Shown one piece after another: positions 24,917-29,805 of a DNA stretch of 29,805 nt. A model generated the notes under the pieces. It saw only the letters and a program-made list of their open reading frames with translations, ran no database searches and was not told the origin of the DNA. The stretch covers positions 1 to 29,805 of IMG/VR virus record IMGVR_UViG_3300007778_000024, one strand, 5' to 3'. A program made the position numbers and the translations under genes. This DNA is from a virus (taxonomy: Duplodnaviria > Caudoviricetes). The stretch's first letter is position 1. Each line of letters begins with the position of its first letter.

Positions 24917-27900
24917 TTAGCCGCCTTTCAGGAAGCCAAAGACATAGTAGTCATACAGCGTATCGTCTGGATAACGCTCGCGATACGTCCAACCGCCTTG
25001 GTCATTCTTATAAAGAAGAACTTCGTAGTCGCCATTTTCAATCGCTTCCATGAGCGCTCTTCGAGGTGAATACCAACCCGTCTCTGAACTGTTGAACTCG
25101 TTTTCAAGCAACTCCGTTCGTGACGCTAGTGCTTGATCGCGGATATAGTCGAGAAGGTCGATGGGATCGAGACCGACATTGTAGTACTTACCCGTCTCAA
25201 CCTTTCGACCCACATCTTGAATAAAGCGATAAGAGTCATCTGAAAGGTTTGATCTGTAGATAGACAAGCCAGACTCATCTTCGATTAACCCCAGCACTGT
25301 CTCTAGTGCAGATTGAATGCCAAACTCAGTCAGCTGATCGCCTTTGGCGTCAGAGAGCGAGAGTGGCTGATCTTTGAGCACTAAATTTGACGCTTGCGAC
25401 TCATCGACCACTTTCATAATCGACTCGATTGCAGACGCACCATCGACGGTTGCTGAGGGTGACGCTTGACCTAGCATTGGTGCAAACTTGTGATACAGTT
25501 GCTCCAACCAAACCAGCCCGTTACGAAGCTCTTGGAACGCTGTTTGACCTAAGCCGCCTTTCGTTCCCAAATGCTTTTTAAACGCCAAGTCTGCCAGCCA
25601 ATAAATCACGTCATGCTTAAACAATGGCATTGACGTGAGCCACGAGCTATACCCGCCGAGCGCTGTCCAATTCGCAGGCTGCGCTTGCCCATAGGAAGAC
25701 CGGTAGTTCTCCAAATCAATCGGACGTTCACTGAGGTACTTCTGCTGTCGGTAAACTTGTGTGGCAAAATCCGTATCGGACTCAAACGCCACAAAATCTA
25801 ACAGCTGGCGGAAATTCAACAGGTCTGTCACCGTTTTCGGTCGGTAGAGTGATGACGCTTGATAGTACATCGTGTCCCGAATTGCATGCTGAGTGAAGTA
25901 ATCACGCAGCGTGACGTTCGTCTCAAACGTCGAAAACCCACCATCATGCGTTAGGTTACGATAGGTCTGATCGACGAGCGCTTCAAACGTGTCTCTCACG
26001 GCGGCTGATGCAACAAAATCCTGACTGGATAAGAAAATGTCCTTAACCAAAATTGGATTCAGGTCGCTCGAATCGTCTGCAACTCGCATAATACGATCTG
26101 ACTCAAACGTCTCAGTTCGTGAGTGCTCGTAGTCATCTAGTGATGATACGTACGCACGGTATCGCGACGTAAAGCCGAGATTTGCACCACGCTGTGAGCT
26201 ACGTGCCTCATCGTCGTCAATCAAGTCCATCAGATCGAGCGTTGCATGTCGTACCACGACTTCTGTCGGCACTTCATTCAACTCAAACCTCACAAAAGGC
26301 TGACCGGACAAGCTTGTTATAGCAAATCGAGGTTCTGACAACCCAGTCTTGCTGACGCCCTCCGTACGAACCGAGAAATTTCGGTGGGCAAACGTTGGGC
26401 GAACAGTCTCGACTGACCCCATCACCCAATCACGCAAAAAACGCTCGGACGGTCTAACGTCAGCGGTCACACTGACTTGCAGAGTCTCAATGCCGATACC
26501 TTTTAATCGTGCACGAAGTCGTAGCACAGACATCGGTACTTTGAACTGCTGACCGAAAACCAGCGTTGCCGCGTGTAATTCTCGTGACTCATAGCTAACA
26601 ACCGCCTGAATACGCTCCATACCCACACCCGCAAAAGCTAAGACGGGGTTAGAACGCACAGTATCTACTTGTGATAACTCGAACTTAACTGCTTTTACCG
26701 TCGACACCGTGCCAATCTTGAAGCGAGACGCTAACTGCTCTCTCACATATTCAGTCATCGCCTCCCGCTCAACGCTATTGAGCGCGTGAAGGTTGATTGA
26801 CTGGAAAATCGCGGTAGTTGACAGACGCTCCAGAATTCGCGAAACAGCGCTTGAAAACGATGACTGGTGAATAGACGCATCAACCATTGAGGTTCGAGAC
26901 GACAAGGCTTCACGCAGCACGTCAACAATGTACGCTCGATTTTGATCTTGGCTTTCGAGTCGATTCACAATACGCGTCACTAATCGCGCCGCTCCTGCGG
27001 TATCGAGACGTCCAATTTCAACAATCAATTCAGGCGTAAGCGTAACTTCACGTCCAAGCTCAAGTTGACTCATCGCGAAGGCTAAATGCGACTTGTACTT
27101 GACGTGCGCGGGTAAGCTGTCGCGACGAGACAAGTCAAGCTGGCGCATCACCTCTCGACTGTACAAGTACGTCGATAAGGTATTTTGCAAGCCTGTCGAA
27201 ACGGTTGCAGTTTCACTCAGACTGAGAACTGCTGAGATCTCCGTTGCAACTGTTTCAGCGCTCAGAATCCGCTTAAGCTCTGTGCCGGTTAAACCAGTAC
27301 GCGAGGCAATACTTGTGTACGACAGCGCCAGCGCATCCAACTCAGCGTGCAACGTTTTTTCGCGTAGCAGCCACGTCAATAACGTGACGGCGCTAACACT
27401 TCGCTGCGCATGCGCCGAAACACCGTCAACCGTCGAACGCGCTTGACTACGCGAAGTCCGTGCAGCCAATGACTCTGCCAACACTGGACGTTGACGCTCA
27501 AATCGCCGTGCTGAATCTGACCATCGATATGATACGAGATCCGAGCCAACACCTGTCTCAGCTGTGTGGTAATGCACGTAATCGACGTGGATACCGTCAA
27601 CCCAAACGTTCAGTGTTGATTGCAGGTCAAAATCGACCGTCGCATCTAAGGCTGATTTCTGATCACGCCCCATGTTTGAAGGTAAGCTTTCTTCCCAACG
27701 TGTGCGAAGTAATGACGCAGGATTATTACCCGCCTCAGCGCCATGCGATTGCTGAAAAAGTAGCCTCAGCGTTTCAGAGCGCTTAAGCCCTAGAAGCCTC
27801 CACCACTCATACTTGCGTGCTAACTCAACAACATTGCTAGCACCCAACTGTACGGCACGTGACAGTACCGATGAGTTGAGCGTTGCATGTGTGCTGTACG

Positions 27901-29805
27901 TTATACGCTCTGCACTGGTAACCGCATCAACATTTTCGACTCTACCGCTAACAGACAGTGCAGACTGTACTGGCACGCCGTATTCGATAGCTCGTGCACT
28001 CAATGCCGCACGCGAGCGATCTATAAACGCTTTGATATCACGTGACTGCGGAGTCGTATTCAAAACCGACGATCCGTAGACCGCTATCGACTTGTGAATG
28101 ATTCGCTGTGCCGCATCAACAACAAGCGATTTATCCCGAAGTTTAGACTCAGCTAAGCTGAAATCGTACACGACGGACTCTCCCAAGTTTCGCAGGTTGA
28201 GCTGCGCGACTACATTCACCTTGTGATAGCGGCGCGCAACCGGCTCAGCAGCTGAAGATCGCGAGAGCTTAAATGTGCGAAGATAGCGGTTTGACGCTAG
28301 AGCAGCGACTTGTGCTGTACTCAGCGAACGATCAATATAGTACTCAGTCGACAGCTTCGCCTGACGTTGTGAAATATCTGCAACCACAGCCGTAGACGCA
28401 CGCACAACCACGGTCGATAGTTGTGTCTTCAAACTAATCAGCGCCGCCTTTTTATGCGCGTAGCTTGCAAATAGTGTGTTCAGCGTCGACTTGATAGCCT
28501 CACTGCTACCGCTCAGCTGTTTTAGCGAAAAGCCTGAGACGTCATCGAATGTGCTGTACAGAGACTTTAGCGCCACAACACGTCTGGCGCGGGTCGCATA
28601 CAGCAAATTTTCAACGCGTTGAGAATGCTCTAACTGACCGTCGATTTTGACGTCAGCAAAGCGTAAGCGTTGAAGCTCACCGTTGATATCAACCATACGT
28701 GGCGCAAAGCCTAGCATGTTAACAAGATCAACCTTCTGAAACAGCAGATTGGCAGGTGCACTGAGCTTAGGTGCTAATGTTTTCGACGCTTTATGTCTAA
28801 AATCAAACTCAGCTCGATAACTTGATCGACCGGCGCTAATGAGATTTGCCGCCTGCCCTTTAAGTAAGTGAATACCGGCAAGACTGGGGCGAGCGACTAC
28901 ACTCTCAGTTAGCGCAGACTCAAGCGTCCAGCGTAGTTGAAAGTGCGGTTTTGCATATGTGCCCTGTAGCGAAACCGTTGTACCCAGTGTCGGCGTGAAT
29001 AGATCAACCGTTGTGAGCGAGACGCGAATCTGAATCTGATCTGCATCCGTCAGCCATTCCTGACGTGCCTGATCACTCAGCGCAAAAAACTCAACAAACT
29101 CTGAGACCCCCGTCTGCGTAAACTTTCGCACCGTTGGTACTGAGTCGATCTCTTGATCATCAACGAGCGTAATGCTCAAATCGACAAAAGGACAGTCAAG
29201 TACGGGTGACGTGAACCGACCGGCACTCGAACCTTGCACTAACTCTAAACGTGTCGACAACACATCACCGTTATCAACTACACCGAGAGAGTTCAGCGAT
29301 GCGCCATTTCGTACCGATTCACCGTCATAGTTATAGGGCGACGGCAGATCAAGGTCGACGGTTTCTAGTGTGTTGAGTACAAACTTTACGACTTGCGTTG
29401 GGGCGATCTTAACGTTCGAAGGTACACGAAAACGGTACAGTGAATCCGTCGTGAAAGGGATTCCCACACCGCCCGTTTTAATATTAGTTTCGTCTAATAT
29501 AGAAATGGAACCGTCAGCATCATAAGCAACCGAATCCAGACGCTCTAACACTAGCTCAAAATCTACTGCCTCAGCTGAACCAAAGCGACCTTCGTGATGG
29601 TCATTAATAACGCTGTGCAGCGTCATTACGTAATCAGTCTCGCCTTCAACCAGCGGTGTAAATTCAATTACATCAGAAACAGAACCGGCGACGGCATTTT
29701 TGACGGTTGGTAACCATACAATTTCGTCATTCGACTGGTACGTCACTGATGGAATCATAGTGTAGATCGAGCCTTTAGCAAGATCTTCGACCTGCGTGAT
29801 TACGA
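24917..29805 (-). CDS. Giant hypothetical protein, probably virion-associated (5'-truncated, >1613 aa)
   Basis: The frame stays open upstream of ATG 29758 to the window end (VITQVEDLAKGSIYT-M) and that ATG has no RBS; no family recognised. Confidence 0.75.
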   Translation of the reverse strand, partial: VITQVEDLAKGSIYTMIPSVTYQSNDEIVWLPTVKNAVAGSVSDVIEFTPLVEGETDYVMTLHSVINDHHEGRFGSAEAVDFELVLERLDSVAYDADGSISILDETNIKTGGVGIPFTTDSLYRFRVPSNVKIAPTQVVKFVLNTLETVDLDLPSPYNYDGESVRNGASLNSLGVVDNGDVLSTRLELVQGSSAGRFTSPVLDCPFVDLSITLVDDQEIDSVPTVRKFTQTGVSEFVEFFALSDQARQEWLTDADQIQIRVSLTTVDLFTPTLGTTVSLQGTYAKPHFQLRWTLESALTESVVARPSLAGIHLLKGQAANLISAGRSSYRAEFDFRHKASKTLAPKLSAPANLLFQKVDLVNMLGFAPRMVDINGELQRLRFADVKIDGQLEHSQRVENLLYATRARRVVALKSLYSTFDDVSGFSLKQLSGSSEAIKSTLNTLFASYAHKKAALISLKTQLSTVVVRASTAVVADISQRQAKLSTEYYIDRSLSTAQVAALASNRYLRTFKLSRSSAAEPVARRYHKVNVVAQLNLRNLGESVVYDFSLAESKLRDKSLVVDAAQRIIHKSIAVYGSSVLNTTPQSRDIKAFIDRSRAALSARAIEYGVPVQSALSVSGRVENVDAVTSAERITYSTHATLNSSVLSRAVQLGASNVVELARKYEWWRLLGLKRSETLRLLFQQSHGAEAGNNPASLLRTRWEESLPSNMGRDQKSALDATVDFDLQSTLNVWVDGIHVDYVHYHTAETGVGSDLVSYRWSDSARRFERQRPVLAESLAARTSRSQARSTVDGVSAHAQRSVSAVTLLTWLLREKTLHAELDALALSYTSIASRTGLTGTELKRILSAETVATEISAVLSLSETATVSTGLQNTLSTYLYSREVMRQLDLSRRDSLPAHVKYKSHLAFAMSQLELGREVTLTPELIVEIGRLDTAGAARLVTRIVNRLESQDQNRAYIVDVLREALSSRTSMVDASIHQSSFSSAVSRILERLSTTAIFQSINLHALNSVEREAMTEYVREQLASRFKIGTVSTVKAVKFELSQVDTVRSNPVLAFAGVGMERIQAVVSYESRELHAATLVFGQQFKVPMSVLRLRARLKGIGIETLQVSVTADVRPSERFLRDWVMGSVETVRPTFAHRNFSVRTEGVSKTGLSEPRFAITSLSGQPFVRFELNEVPTEVVVRHATLDLMDLIDDDEARSSQRGANLGFTSRYRAYVSSLDDYEHSRTETFESDRIMRVADDSSDLNPILVKDIFLSSQDFVASAAVRDTFEALVDQTYRNLTHDGGFSTFETNVTLRDYFTQHAIRDTMYYQASSLYRPKTVTDLLNFRQLLDFVAFESDTDFATQVYRQQKYLSERPIDLENYRSSYGQAQPANWTALGGYSSWLTSMPLFKHDVIYWLADLAFKKHLGTKGGLGQTAFQELRNGLVWLEQLYHKFAPMLGQASPSATVDGASAIESIMKVVDESQASNLVLKDQPLSLSDAKGDQLTEFGIQSALETVLGLIEDESGLSIYRSNLSDDSYRFIQDVGRKVETGKYYNVGLDPIDLLDYIRDQALASRTELLENEFNSSETGWYSPRRALMEAIENGDYEVLLYKNDQGGWTYRERYPDDTLYDYYVFGFLKGG

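Overview
This window is a lytic-type contractile-tailed phage (myovirus) virion morphogenesis region, with essentially all genes on the minus strand. In transcription order (right to left) it holds: a giant >1613-aa protein open past the window end, a promoter/small-RNA/terminator unit and a small accessory gene, a 720-aa Ig+lectin-like protein, two neck/tail-completion proteins, the tail sheath (with a 3-repeat insertion) and two tail-tube-family proteins. Next come a zinc-finger tail/baseplate chaperone, a tape measure protein with an SLT lytic transglycosylase domain, a tube initiator, a hub, a gp5-OB spike, a beta-helix protein and PAAR. The region ends with gp25, a gp6-like wedge, a gpI-like wedge and a >1200-aa collar/DUF4815-like fibre missing from the ORF track because it runs off the window start. 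Highlights: (1) a hidden +1 (or -2) frameshift extension of the chaperone at CCC-UUU-CGU-C; (2) a probable ~100-nt sigma70-driven small RNA carrying an anti-SD/anti-AUG segment; (3) a ~210-aa lectin-like domain shared by two distant virion proteins; (4) several surface-domain insertions. Family assignments come from motif recognition by eye and gene order, not from database searches.
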